Source: Kofleriaceae bacterium
Lineage (GTDB): Bacteria > Myxococcota_A > Polyangia > Haliangiales > Haliangiaceae
Length of the DNA: 64,000 nt
Direction: 5' to 3'
Assembly (NCBI GenBank): GCA_965215005.1
Contig: CBDCCZ010000042.1
Span: forward strand, 213,202 to 277,201
The notes beneath the pieces were generated by a model. That model was given only the letters and a program-made list of their open reading frames with translations. It was not told where the DNA came from and ran no database searches. The position numbers were made by a program, and so were the translations under genes. The first letter of the stretch is position 1. Each line of letters opens with the position of its first letter. Below are positions 43,512 through 54,644 of the stretch, piece after piece.

Positions 43512-46088
43512 GTGTGGACGTGTCATAGCTGTGGAGGCGATCGCAGTCGGGTCGCTCCAATCGATCCATGCCCCTCGTGCGGATCTGTGTTGCCGCCGCC
43601 CGAGCAGGCGGGGTCGGAGGGTGCGACGCGCACGCGCGCCAATCCCAGCGTGCAGCCGACTGTGCAAGGCGGCGCGGCCAGTAGCGAGGATTCGCGCGAC
43701 GTTGACCCGGCCAGCGACGCTCCGCGCGTGGTGGACGCGGCCGCCGACGCCACGGTTGCGTCGCCGTCGCCGATGGCCGCTCCGCGCGTGGTGGACGCGG
43801 CCGCCGACGCCACGGTTGCGTCGCCGTCGCCGATGGCCGCTCCGCCCGCGGCGACAAATCTTCCGCGCGGCGACGACAGCTCGACCCGCGATGAGGCGGT
43901 GGGCCGCCGGAAGAAGCGTGCGAGCGACGAGCCGATCCGCCGGGCCGAGAGCATCGGTGCTGAGCTCATCGATGAGGACGACGGCAGCCGGGTCATCGCG
44001 CTGGCCAGCGTCGGCGAGGCGGGTCGCGCTTCAGCCACGTCTTCGCCGTCGCCGGCCGGCGCCGCGCCGGCGGGCAGCGGCCGCGACCGCAGCGCCCCCG
44101 CGCAGGCAGCGCAGCCGCCCTCGCCGAACGCTTCTGCCGTGCTCGAGAACCGCGGCGGCACCTCGCCATCCGGTCCCGCGGCAGCAACGACCGCCGGCGC
44201 GGCGCCTCCCGCTGCCTCGCCTTCTACCGCCGCAGGTGGCGGTGCTGCCACGGTGGCCCCGGCGACGCCCCCGCGCCTGCCCACGCCGCCCGCATTCCCA
44301 CGGCGCAAGCCGTCGCGCCTCAAGGTCGCCACTGGCTCGGGAATCAGTGAGCCGAACGCTGGCAGAGTTGGCCGGGGGTCGCGCGACACCGCGCCCGCCA
44401 CCGCTGCCTCGCAGCCGTCCACCGGTGCCGCGGCTGGGACGATGGAGGCCGCTCCCATGCCGGCGGCGACGCCCGGCAACATCGACGAACCTGCTGGCGG
44501 TGGCGCCGGCGCCACCGAGGGTCCCGTCGCGCCGGCGGCCGCCGAACTAGCTTCTGGCGGCGCAGATGCTGTGACCGAGGCCGCGCCGTTGCAACCCGCT
44601 GCGACGTCCGTGCCCTCTCACGCTGCGCCCGACCCTGAGGTAGAATCCGACCCCGTCGCCGGCCCCCGCAGTGACGACCACTCCGCGCTAAGCGCCGCCG
44701 ACACCGCCATCGACATGCGCCCGCTGAGCGAGCCGGGTGCGTCGTCCAGTGCCGACGGCCCGTCGACTGGCAACCCTGCCGTTGGCGACGACACCAATCC
44801 CGACCTCGCCCTCACCGCCACGGGGGCCGGAGCCGACGAAGGTCCTTCTTTAGCGAGTCTCATCGCACGCGACGGCGGCCGATCGCTGGCGGAGACGGCG
44901 TCACCGTGGTCGAGCGGCGTCCCGGTTGGGGCGCCTACCGAGCTACCACTCGACATGACGCTGCCGGTGGAGCGGCGCACCTGGAAGCCAACCCCTCCCG
45001 CAGCGCCGCCGCGGCCGACCGTTGCAGACAAGCCAAAACCTGCCGGCAAACCGCAACCGCCAGCCGCCAAAGCGGTCCCGCCGGGCTCCGCCGCTGCCAC
45101 CGCTGCCGAACCACCACCCGCCGCGGAGGTGCCGACTACGCCCATCGCAGCGCCGACCGTCGCGCACGCACCAGCACCGTCCATCGCGACGCCGGCCGTC
45201 GCGCATGCGCCAGCTCCCGCCAGCGCGCCCGCGCCCCCGCCCATCGCACATCCACCAGCCAGCGCGCCCCCGCCCGCTCCGCCGTCTCTCGCGGCGCAAG
45301 CCGCGGCAGTGCGCGCAGACGCAGCGCCGCCGAATGCGACCGGCCTAACGCCGCCGCCCGAGTACATCGCCGCTCGCGACGCAGCCCTGCACGCCGCGAT
45401 CGCTGCCCGCAAGTCGGGCGCAGCGCCGCGCGCTGCCTCGGACGCCGAGATCGCCGCCTCGTACGAAGAGTCGATGGCCGCGCTTTTCGATGTCGAAGAG
45501 GAGCGGGCCCCGGGGCCGCAGCCACGGCCAGCGCCGCGCGCCGCCACCCACGCGCGCAAGTTGCCGGGTGGCCGGCCGGCGCGCCGCCGACCGCACCGCG
45601 AGCACAGTCAGATGCCCGGCCGAACCGGGGAGGTGATCGCGGCCGAGCGCAACCCTATGCGGATGCTGCTCGGAGCGCTCACCATCGGCTTCGGGCTGCT
45701 GCTACTCACCGTCTATCTGCCGTGGCACGCGCCGCGCCTTCAGGCCGAGCAGCCGCGCATTGTCGCCGCCGGACAGGAGCTGCCCAAAGAGACCTGGCAC
45801 TTCCGCTCCGACCTGTACACCCGCGCCCAAGTAGTCGCCGGAGGATTTGGCGCAGTCGGGCTCCTCTTCCTCGTTAGCGGCATCTGGTTCAAGCCAGCCC
45901 GCGAGGTTCCGTGCAACCGCTGCGGCCGCTATGTAGTCGCACAGCGGGATGGGCTGGTGCTCAAGTGCCCGCGCGGCCGGCATCGCGCTGGCTACAGCAT
46001 CTCAACACTGGCGCTGACAATTGCGCTCATGCTGTGCGTCGCGCTGATGATTCATACCGTGGCGATGGGTAGCATCATCCGCGGCTAG
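43512..46088 (+). CDS. Large Pro/Ala-rich protein with N-terminal zinc ribbon and C-terminal TM/zinc-ribbon module
   Basis: CHSC..CPSC at N-terminus; about 650 low-complexity residues; TMs flanking CNRC..CPRGRH. Confidence 0.65.
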   Translation: MWTCHSCGGDRSRVAPIDPCPSCGSVLPPPEQAGSEGATRTRANPSVQPTVQGGAASSEDSRDVDPASDAPRVVDAAADATVASPSPMAAPRVVDAAADATVASPSPMAAPPAATNLPRGDDSSTRDEAVGRRKKRASDEPIRRAESIGAELIDEDDGSRVIALASVGEAGRASATSSPSPAGAAPAGSGRDRSAPAQAAQPPSPNASAVLENRGGTSPSGPAAATTAGAAPPAASPSTAAGGGAATVAPATPPRLPTPPAFPRRKPSRLKVATGSGISEPNAGRVGRGSRDTAPATAASQPSTGAAAGTMEAAPMPAATPGNIDEPAGGGAGATEGPVAPAAAELASGGADAVTEAAPLQPAATSVPSHAAPDPEVESDPVAGPRSDDHSALSAADTAIDMRPLSEPGASSSADGPSTGNPAVGDDTNPDLALTATGAGADEGPSLASLIARDGGRSLAETASPWSSGVPVGAPTELPLDMTLPVERRTWKPTPPAAPPRPTVADKPKPAGKPQPPAAKAVPPGSAAATAAEPPPAAEVPTTPIAAPTVAHAPAPSIATPAVAHAPAPASAPAPPPIAHPPASAPPPAPPSLAAQAAAVRADAAPPNATGLTPPPEYIAARDAALHAAIAARKSGAAPRAASDAEIAASYEESMAALFDVEEERAPGPQPRPAPRAATHARKLPGGRPARRRPHREHSQMPGRTGEVIAAERNPMRMLLGALTIGFGLLLLTVYLPWHAPRLQAEQPRIVAAGQELPKETWHFRSDLYTRAQVVAGGFGAVGLLFLVSGIWFKPAREVPCNRCGRYVVAQRDGLVLKCPRGRHRAGYSISTLALTIALMLCVALMIHTVAMGSIIRG
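43718..43845 (+). repeat. Perfect in-frame 60-bp tandem duplication
   Basis: 43718-43777 = 43778-43837 plus 8-bp partial third copy (APRVVDAAADATVASPSPMA x2). Confidence 0.9.
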
Positions 46089-46307
46089 TGGTTCACGGCG
46101 GAGTCGGGAACCGCTAGAAACACACCAATCGCTTGGGGAGACGCCGAAGGGGGGCGCCTGAGCAGCAGAAATCTGCCGCCCTTGCCCCGCATCGGGGCGG
46201 CGGATTTCCGCGTCGTCAATCCCGCGGCGACGTACAACTGGCTTCTCGCGGTCCCCACCGACGTCGGCCGGAGCCCATCCGCCGACGTCAAAGGTGATGA
46301 GTCACTA
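46086..46307. mobile_element. Putative non-autonomous MITE-like structured element (222 bp)
   Basis: TA at both ends, imperfect TIR TAGTGGTTCA / TGAGTCACTA, several internal hairpins; partial copies at 7222-7326 (+) and 5993-6066 (-). Confidence 0.65.
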
Positions 46308-46514
46308 AAAGAACAACCAGCCGAGAACGAAACCCGCGCCGACAGCGGCACCAACGACCGTCAGCGGACGCTCGTCGATGTGGTGCTTCATATCCACCAC
46401 GTGCCGCACTCGCTCGCGGACCTCATCGGCGCGATTCTCGAGCTCATCGATGCGTCGCACCAGGTCGTATCTGGACTTGGCGATCTCGAGCTCTAGGCGT
46501 GATCTTTGATCCAT
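46305..46514 (-). CDS. DUF3618-like small tail-anchored protein
   Basis: LELEIAKSRYDL..IDEL..ERPLTVVGAAVGAGFVLG. Confidence 0.7.
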   Translation of the reverse strand: MDQRSRLELEIAKSRYDLVRRIDELENRADEVRERVRHVVDMKHHIDERPLTVVGAAVGAGFVLGWLFF

Positions 46515-46957
46515 TCCGCGTCCTCCTTTGCGTCTTGCACAACCTCGCGCGGCACAGGGTCGACTTTCTTGGCCATCTGACCGCCAACCGCCAGAGCGAT
46601 GACGCCGAGGATCACCAGAGCGCCGCCGACGATGCCCATGGCGCCCCACACGGGAAGTGCGGTCTGCGCGAGCCCATAGGCTGCCATCAGCGCCAACAGG
46701 ATGACGCCAACGAGCACCACCGCGCCACCGACGGCCGCGGCGATAAGCGAGCGTTTGGCAAGCTGCAGCTCGCCCTTGATGTTCATCTTGGCGAGCTCGA
46801 GATAGCCTTCCGCCATGTCGCGAACATCGCGCGCGATCCCAGACACCAAGTCGCCGGTCGAGGCTCGCTCGAGCCCGGCATCGCTGCGAGGCCCGCGTCG
46901 CAAGCTCTCGTCGCTCACCGGCTCTAGCGATTGATCGGTTTGGTAGGCCACGTTCAC
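46493..46957 (-). CDS. Phage-holin-like / YqjE (DUF1469) family membrane protein
   Basis: STGDLV..ELAK, two TMs, C-terminal KEDAEWIK. Confidence 0.8.
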   Translation of the reverse strand: MNVAYQTDQSLEPVSDESLRRGPRSDAGLERASTGDLVSGIARDVRDMAEGYLELAKMNIKGELQLAKRSLIAAAVGGAVVLVGVILLALMAAYGLAQTALPVWGAMGIVGGALVILGVIALAVGGQMAKKVDPVPREVVQDAKEDAEWIKDHA

Positions 46958-47298
46958 CTCGCGAGAGCGCGACCGATGAGAAAGCCGACGCCGAACCCGA
47001 CGGCCAGCGATGGCCCTGGATTCCGTCGAATCACTTCACCGAGATCCTCGCCCATCCGCCGCCAATCGTTCTCCTGCAGGTACTGACCGGCGCGCTCCAT
47101 CGAATCAGCGATAGCTGAGCCCCGCTCGCGCACCGCAGTGGACGCGCCTTCGACTCGCCGCCCCACGCCCGTGGTGGCTTCATCGACTCGGTTACCCGCT
47201 CGCTCGGCAGCGGCCTCGGCGCGTTCTTTCACGGCTTCAGCGCGCTCTTTCATGCCGTTGTTTCCCTCAGAAAGGCGATTTTCATTGATCTCGTTCAC
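46954..47298 (-). CDS. DUF883/YqjD/ElaB-like tail-anchored protein
   Basis: LEA-like helix followed by IRRNPGPSLAVGFGVGFLIG; SD AAGGAG. Confidence 0.75.
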   Translation of the reverse strand: MNEINENRLSEGNNGMKERAEAVKERAEAAAERAGNRVDEATTGVGRRVEGASTAVRERGSAIADSMERAGQYLQENDWRRMGEDLGEVIRRNPGPSLAVGFGVGFLIGRALAR

Positions 47299-47347
47299 TT
47301 GGTGCTCCTTCGTTCTTAGGTGGTATCAGCAGGGACTGCGCCGGCTA

Positions 47348-47713
47348 TCAATCCTCGTGGCTGTAGCCACCATCGTGACTGTAGCCACCCACCGCGTTGC
47401 GTACTCCACTTAGAAGCACACCGCGCAGCAGAGCTCCAGCAACGAAGCGGGAGGCGGTTCCGAGGATGGTCGTCGTCCCCGGCAGAATGCTCGCAGAGCC
47501 TTTCCCGAACGCCATTCCGATTCCCATCGCGATACCGACCGCGGCGTAAGGATGCTGACGCACCATTCCGAGAGCCCGCTGCGCTCGCCCTTCGTCTCCA
47601 TCGACATCGACTACGGAGCCCTCGCCGACAATCACGGCGTCTTGCTCGTAGATATCCTTGCCGGTGGTTCCCGGCGTTCCCGTCATCCTTGGTTCATTGG
47701 TCGTCGTATTCAT
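47348..47713 (-). CDS. Small membrane-associated protein (YqjD-like motif)
   Basis: VRQHPYAAVGIAMGIG; SD GAGGAG. Confidence 0.65.
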   Translation of the reverse strand: MNTTTNEPRMTGTPGTTGKDIYEQDAVIVGEGSVVDVDGDEGRAQRALGMVRQHPYAAVGIAMGIGMAFGKGSASILPGTTTILGTASRFVAGALLRGVLLSGVRNAVGGYSHDGGYSHED

Positions 47714-47748
47714 TCCAGCTCCTCACGTTAGCGGACGAGCCTGTCCTT

Positions 47749-47764
47749 TGCAGTGGCCATGCCA
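47749..47764 (-). promoter_or_regulatory. Putative sigma54 promoter of the 47713-46305 operon
   Basis: Minus-strand TGGCATGGCCACTGCA = GG-N10-GC, about 35 nt upstream of ATG 47713. Confidence 0.65.
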
Positions 47765-48051
47765 CCACGCACTTGCGATGTAGGCGCCGTGCGCGACGCC
47801 GCAACGGGCAACCGCTGCGTCTTCTCGCCACACCGTGCGCCCTGGCCCAGCCCGGAACCACCCGGTGGGTTCCAGCCGCAGCGAGCCGCGCGGCTGCACG
47901 GCTCGGTACCAGCTGCGTGAGAGAACGGCTCGACCGACGGCTACGGAATCCCGTCGATGATCCGAAACCACCCCATGTGGCGACGCATGGAAGCTCCTCC
48001 ACTGCCGCAACGGCGACCGCGGTGGCCCAGACGGTGCAGCGCCGTGGGTGC

Positions 48052-48225
48052 ATGGCGGCGCGTACGGCTCCTACGGCTGAGCTTTTCCACGAGTCGCAGC
48101 GCGTGCGCTTGGCCGCGGCTCTCACCCCGATGCCCGCCGATCGCCGCCACTCCGCCCGCAGCGTCATCGCCGCCATCGCTTGTCTCGTCGGCGCGTGCCT
48201 ACTGCTCGTGAGCTACGCGCTGTAG
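48052..48225 (+). CDS. Possible small membrane protein
   Basis: 57 aa with C-terminal hydrophobic helix; fills an otherwise empty gap. Confidence 0.35.
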   Translation: MAARTAPTAELFHESQRVRLAAALTPMPADRRHSARSVIAAIACLVGACLLLVSYAL

Positions 48226-48339
48226 CTGCCGCTTATGAACCACTCAGGTTGCGCACAGGCGGCAATGAGAAGCGACGCCTGTGCCGCGCTGTGACGCTCC
48301 CGCATGCCGCTGCGACACGCTCTCACGCGGCGGGTTCGA

Positions 48340-49440
48340 TCATCCGCCGTCCACCGAGGGGCGCGTCATCGCCTGCTCGAGGGACGGGCGTCGCTGATCG
48401 GCGACTGCCGCGATCGACACTGGCTTGCCCGTGCTCGCTGCTCGATACAACGCCTGCACGATTCGCACATCGGCCAATCCTTCTGCGCCGCCCGGCTCTG
48501 GCTCACGCCCGTGCAGCACACAATCGGCGAAGTACGCCAGCTGAGGGCCGAATTGGTCACGCGGCTCGAGTTGCTTGCGCTCGCTGCGCTGACCCTGCCG
48601 CAGCTCGTAGGTGAGGTGCGTTTCGTAGTCGAAGGCCGGGTCCATCAACAGCGTCCCCCGCGTCCCCACGACGCTGTAGTGGTTGTTGCGCGAGGCACCG
48701 AAGCTGGTCGTGAACACCGCCAGTCGATCATCGGGGAAGCGCAGCGTCGCGGTGGTCATCTCATCGCAGTCGGCGAAGCGCTCATCGCCCTGCCGTTTCA
48801 CGCTCACCGCCGTCACTTCGTAGGGTTCCTGGCGGAACAGATACCGAGCGGCGTTGATGCAATACACTCCTAAGTCGTAGAGCGTGCCGCCGCCTTTTTC
48901 GATCGGACCAAGCCGGATGTCGCCCTCTTCCACCGATTGCGTGAACACGGCTTCGAACAGGCGGGGCTCGCCGATTTGGCCGCTCGTGACCCGCTCGATC
49001 GCTTCGAGGTTGGCCTGCTCGAAGTGCAAGCGGTAGGCGATCATGAGCCGCACATCGTGCTCTCTTGCAGCGCGCACCATCGTCTCGCACTCGGCCTCGG
49101 TCACGGCCATCGGCTTCTCGCATAAGACATGAATGCCAGCGGCCGCAGCGCGAACCGTGTAGTCGCAGTGCAGGTGATTGGGCAGCCCGAGGTAGACGGC
49201 ATCGATATCGCCGCTCTGACAGAGGGCGTCGAACTCATCGTAGCTCGCGGTGACCGGCACCTCGAACGACTCTGCCAGCTCTTGGCGCTTGTCCTTGGAA
49301 CCACTCACCAAGGCCACCAACCGAGCATTGTCGGCGTTGGCGAAGGCAGGCAGAACCGCTGTCCGAGAGATGTTGCCCAGCCCTACGACGGCGTAGCGGA
49401 GTGCTTTGCCCTGCGACTTCTCATTGCGGGTTCGCGACAT
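48340..49440 (-). CDS. Gfo/Idh/MocA family oxidoreductase (glucose-fructose oxidoreductase-like)
   Basis: YAVVGLGNI, LPNHLH, HVLCEKPMA, GGGTLYDLGVYC. Confidence 0.9.
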   Translation of the reverse strand: MSRTRNEKSQGKALRYAVVGLGNISRTAVLPAFANADNARLVALVSGSKDKRQELAESFEVPVTASYDEFDALCQSGDIDAVYLGLPNHLHCDYTVRAAAAGIHVLCEKPMAVTEAECETMVRAAREHDVRLMIAYRLHFEQANLEAIERVTSGQIGEPRLFEAVFTQSVEEGDIRLGPIEKGGGTLYDLGVYCINAARYLFRQEPYEVTAVSVKRQGDERFADCDEMTTATLRFPDDRLAVFTTSFGASRNNHYSVVGTRGTLLMDPAFDYETHLTYELRQGQRSERKQLEPRDQFGPQLAYFADCVLHGREPEPGGAEGLADVRIVQALYRAASTGKPVSIAAVADQRRPSLEQAMTRPSVDGG

Positions 49441-49502
49441 GGGCCGCTCTCGTTCAAGGGCTGCGCCAACTCCAGCGCGCATGTTCGCTGCTGTAGCAGT
49501 CG

Positions 49503-50486
49503 CTACTCGGGCACGTCTTCGACGAACTGCCCCAACGCGCGAAAGCGCTCATACCGCGCCTGCAGAAGCTCCTCCACGTCGAGGCGATCGAGCTCCGCCA
49601 GATGTCGCTTCAAACACGAGCGCAGGTTCGAGGCCGTGAGAGCCGCATCGCGATGAGCACCTCCCGGCGCCTCCGAGATCACCTCGTCGACCACGCCGAG
49701 CCCCAGCAGGTCCGGCGCAGTGAGCTTGAGCTGCCCAGCGGCCTCTCCGACCTTGGCGGGATCGCGCCAGAGGATCGATGCGCAGCCCTCCGGAGAGATC
49801 ACCGAGTACACCGAATACTCGAACATCAGCACGCGGTCGCCGACGCCGAGCGCCAGCGCCCCGCCCGAGCCGCCCTCGCCGATGACCACCGCGATGATCG
49901 GCGTAGGGAGCACCGCCATGACTTCCAGCGCCTTGGCGATAGCCTCGGCTTGCCCGCGCTCTTCCGCGCCAAGCCCCGGGTAGGCTCCCGGGGTATCGAT
50001 GAAACACAGGATGGGCCGGTGAAAGCGAGCCGCCATCTGCATCAGGCGCAGCGCCTTGCGATAGCCTTCGGGACGCGCCATGCCGAAGTTTCGGTGCAGG
50101 TTTTCCTTGGTGTTGCGACCCTTCTGATGGCCGAGCACCAGCACCTCGCGGCCGTCGAATCGCGCCATGCCGCCCACGATGGCCGGATCATCGCGAAACC
50201 CGCGGTCGCCATGCAGCTCGACGAAGTCGTCACACAAGAGCCGGGCGTAGTCGAGCAAGTACGGCCGCGCCGGATGACGGCTCAGCTGCACCTTCTGCTG
50301 CGCGCTGAGGTCGGCGAAGACCTCCTTTTGCAGCTTCTTGGCCTTCTGCTCGAGGCGCCGAATCTCGGTGGAGAAATCGATCTGTTTGGTCGACAGCCCA
50401 CGAAGCTCGTCAATCTTGCGCTCGAGATCGATGATGGGGCGCTCGAACTCGAGGATCTGGCGTTCGCTCAGCATTTCGGTGGTCAT
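49503..50486 (-). CDS. accA: Acetyl-CoA carboxylase carboxyltransferase alpha subunit
   Basis: [52 protein letters not shown]. Confidence 0.97.
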   Translation of the reverse strand: MTTEMLSERQILEFERPIIDLERKIDELRGLSTKQIDFSTEIRRLEQKAKKLQKEVFADLSAQQKVQLSRHPARPYLLDYARLLCDDFVELHGDRGFRDDPAIVGGMARFDGREVLVLGHQKGRNTKENLHRNFGMARPEGYRKALRLMQMAARFHRPILCFIDTPGAYPGLGAEERGQAEAIAKALEVMAVLPTPIIAVVIGEGGSGGALALGVGDRVLMFEYSVYSVISPEGCASILWRDPAKVGEAAGQLKLTAPDLLGLGVVDEVISEAPGGAHRDAALTASNLRSCLKRHLAELDRLDVEELLQARYERFRALGQFVEDVPE

Positions 50487-50521
50487 GGTTCGCTCGATGT
50501 GCGCTGCGACGGTCAGGCGCG

Positions 50522-51435
50522 TTAGTGCAGATAGGCGGCAAGCGAGTCGAGGTCGACCGCGGCTGGCTCCGGCCACCATTGAACCCGCTCGTCGCCGCGA
50601 TACCAGCTGCGCTGCCGCCGCGCATAACGCCTTGAGTTCCGTTTCACGAGGGCGACAGCTTCGCTGAGCGTGTGGACGCCGTCAAGGTAGCGATGCAGCT
50701 CGGCGTAGCCGATTGCCTGCTGCGATTTGAGCGCGGGCCCGTAGCCGGCCGCACGTAGTCGCTCGACCTCGCCGACCAATCCGGCGGCGAGCATCGCATC
50801 GACCCGCGCCTCGATCCGCGCCTCTAGCACCGCCGGCTCCGGCGCGAGCCCGACGAGGCGCGCCGGATATCGCGGGTGGCAGGTTCGATGATCGTGGCGC
50901 CGCTGGTGCTCGCTCATCGGCACGCCGGTGAGCTCGAACACCTCCAGCGCGCGGATGATGCGCACGAGGTCATTGCGGTTGACCTTGGCGGCGAGCTCGG
51001 GATCGACTCGCGCCAGCCGCTCCCAGAGCGCGCCTGGTGCGGCCGCATCGGCCGCGAGTCGTGCGCGCAGCGCGGGATCCGCGGGCGGGCCCCCAAACAG
51101 CCCGAGCAGCAGCGCCCGGATGTACAGCATGGTTCCGCCCGCCACGATTACCTGGCGACCGCGGGCGGCAATCGCGGCGATCGCGGCGTCGGCCGCGGTC
51201 ACGAAGTGCTGCGCGGTCATCACTTCGCTCGGGTCGAGGATGTCGAGTAGGTGGTGCGGCACGCGGGCACGCTCGGCGGCGGTCGCTTTGCCAGTGCCGA
51301 GGTCCATGCCGCGATACACCTGCTGCGAGTCGGCGCTCACGATCTCGCCGCCGACGTGCTCGGCGAGCCGCAGCGCCAGGCTCGACTTGCCCGCGGCGGT
51401 AGGTCCCACCACGATGAGCAACCGAGGGGGCGCGC

Positions 51436-51439
<4 letters not shown>
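50522..51439 (-). CDS. miaA: tRNA dimethylallyltransferase
   Basis: [39 protein letters not shown]. Confidence 0.96.
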
Positions 51440-53493
<2,054 letters not shown>

Positions 53494-53579
53494 CGGCGGG
53501 TCATAGCACGGCCCCCTGACTACCCGAGCATCGCCACCGCGTATTGCGCGCTCCGAGGGAGTTCTATAGTCTTCGCCCA

Positions 53580-54635
53580 ATGATCGATGGAGAGCGAGAC
53601 GGGGCGAGCTCGGCCACGCTGTCGACGACCCGCCGCCCAGATCCCGACGCGCGCGTGGTGGCCATCATCGGCGCACGCCACTTTCTCGGCATGGAGCTCA
53701 TCAAGCGCCTCGAGGAAGATAGTCGTTACGACAAAGTTCTCGCGCTCGACCTTTGCAAGCCCGACTTGCCACTCGAGAAGACCGAGTTCCATCCCATCGA
53801 TCTCACCTTGCCCACGGTCGATGGCCAGCTCGCCCGCCTGCTCTCCCACCACGGCGTCGATACCGTCGTGCATGCCGCATTTCTCGCGCAGCCGACCCAC
53901 GCCAGCGACTGGGCGCACGAGCTCGAAGACGTCGGCACCATGCATATCCTCAACGCATGCGCCGCGGTCGTGCCAACGCGATTCATCCTGTGCTCGACGA
54001 CGATGGTGTATGGCGCCTCGCCGCAAAATCCCAACTTCCTCGGCGAAGACGCCGAGCTCAAAGGACAAGCCGAGTCGCGCTTCATCAACGACAAAGTCTG
54101 CGCCGAGCGGCAGGTGCAGCGCTTCATGCGCGAACATCCGGCCACCCAGGTCTGCGTGTTGCGCTACGCACCGCTGCTCGGCCCCACCGTCACCAACCTG
54201 TTCACCCGGTTCTTCTCGCGGCCGATCGCACCGGTGATGATGGGCTACGATCCACTGCTGCAGCTCATCCACGAACGCGATGCAGCGATCGCTTTAAAGA
54301 TGGCCGTCGACCGCGACTGCGAAGGGGTCTTCAACATCGTCGGCAAGGGCGTGTTGCCGTACACCACCGTGCTCGCACTCATGGGCAAGCTGCCACTTCC
54401 AATGCCGCACTTTCTCGCCCGACCGCTGTCCCGGGCGCTGTGGGCCACGCAAATTTTCGACGCGCCGCCGAGCTTTCTCGACTTTCTCCGCTACCTATGC
54501 GTCGCCGATGGCGCCAAGGCCAGTCGCGAGCTCGGCTTTGCGCCGCTGCTCTCGATCAAACGGACCGTGCTCGACTTTCTTGGCGTGGGCACCGGTGATG
54601 AGGGCGCGCCCGATGTCGCGCGGGCGCAAGGATAG
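53580..54635 (+). CDS. NAD-dependent epimerase/dehydratase family protein
   Basis: Rossmann N-terminus, VVHAAF, STTMVYG, GVFNI. Confidence 0.85.
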   Translation: MIDGERDGASSATLSTTRRPDPDARVVAIIGARHFLGMELIKRLEEDSRYDKVLALDLCKPDLPLEKTEFHPIDLTLPTVDGQLARLLSHHGVDTVVHAAFLAQPTHASDWAHELEDVGTMHILNACAAVVPTRFILCSTTMVYGASPQNPNFLGEDAELKGQAESRFINDKVCAERQVQRFMREHPATQVCVLRYAPLLGPTVTNLFTRFFSRPIAPVMMGYDPLLQLIHERDAAIALKMAVDRDCEGVFNIVGKGVLPYTTVLALMGKLPLPMPHFLARPLSRALWATQIFDAPPSFLDFLRYLCVADGAKASRELGFAPLLSIKRTVLDFLGVGTGDEGAPDVARAQG

Positions 54636-54644
54636 AGGCTCGAT

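Noticed and set aside
47320..48225. 301-aa plus-strand ORF
   Set aside because: Overlaps a minus-strand gene and its promoter, and has Arg-rich non-coding-like composition; only the last 57 codons were kept, at low confidence
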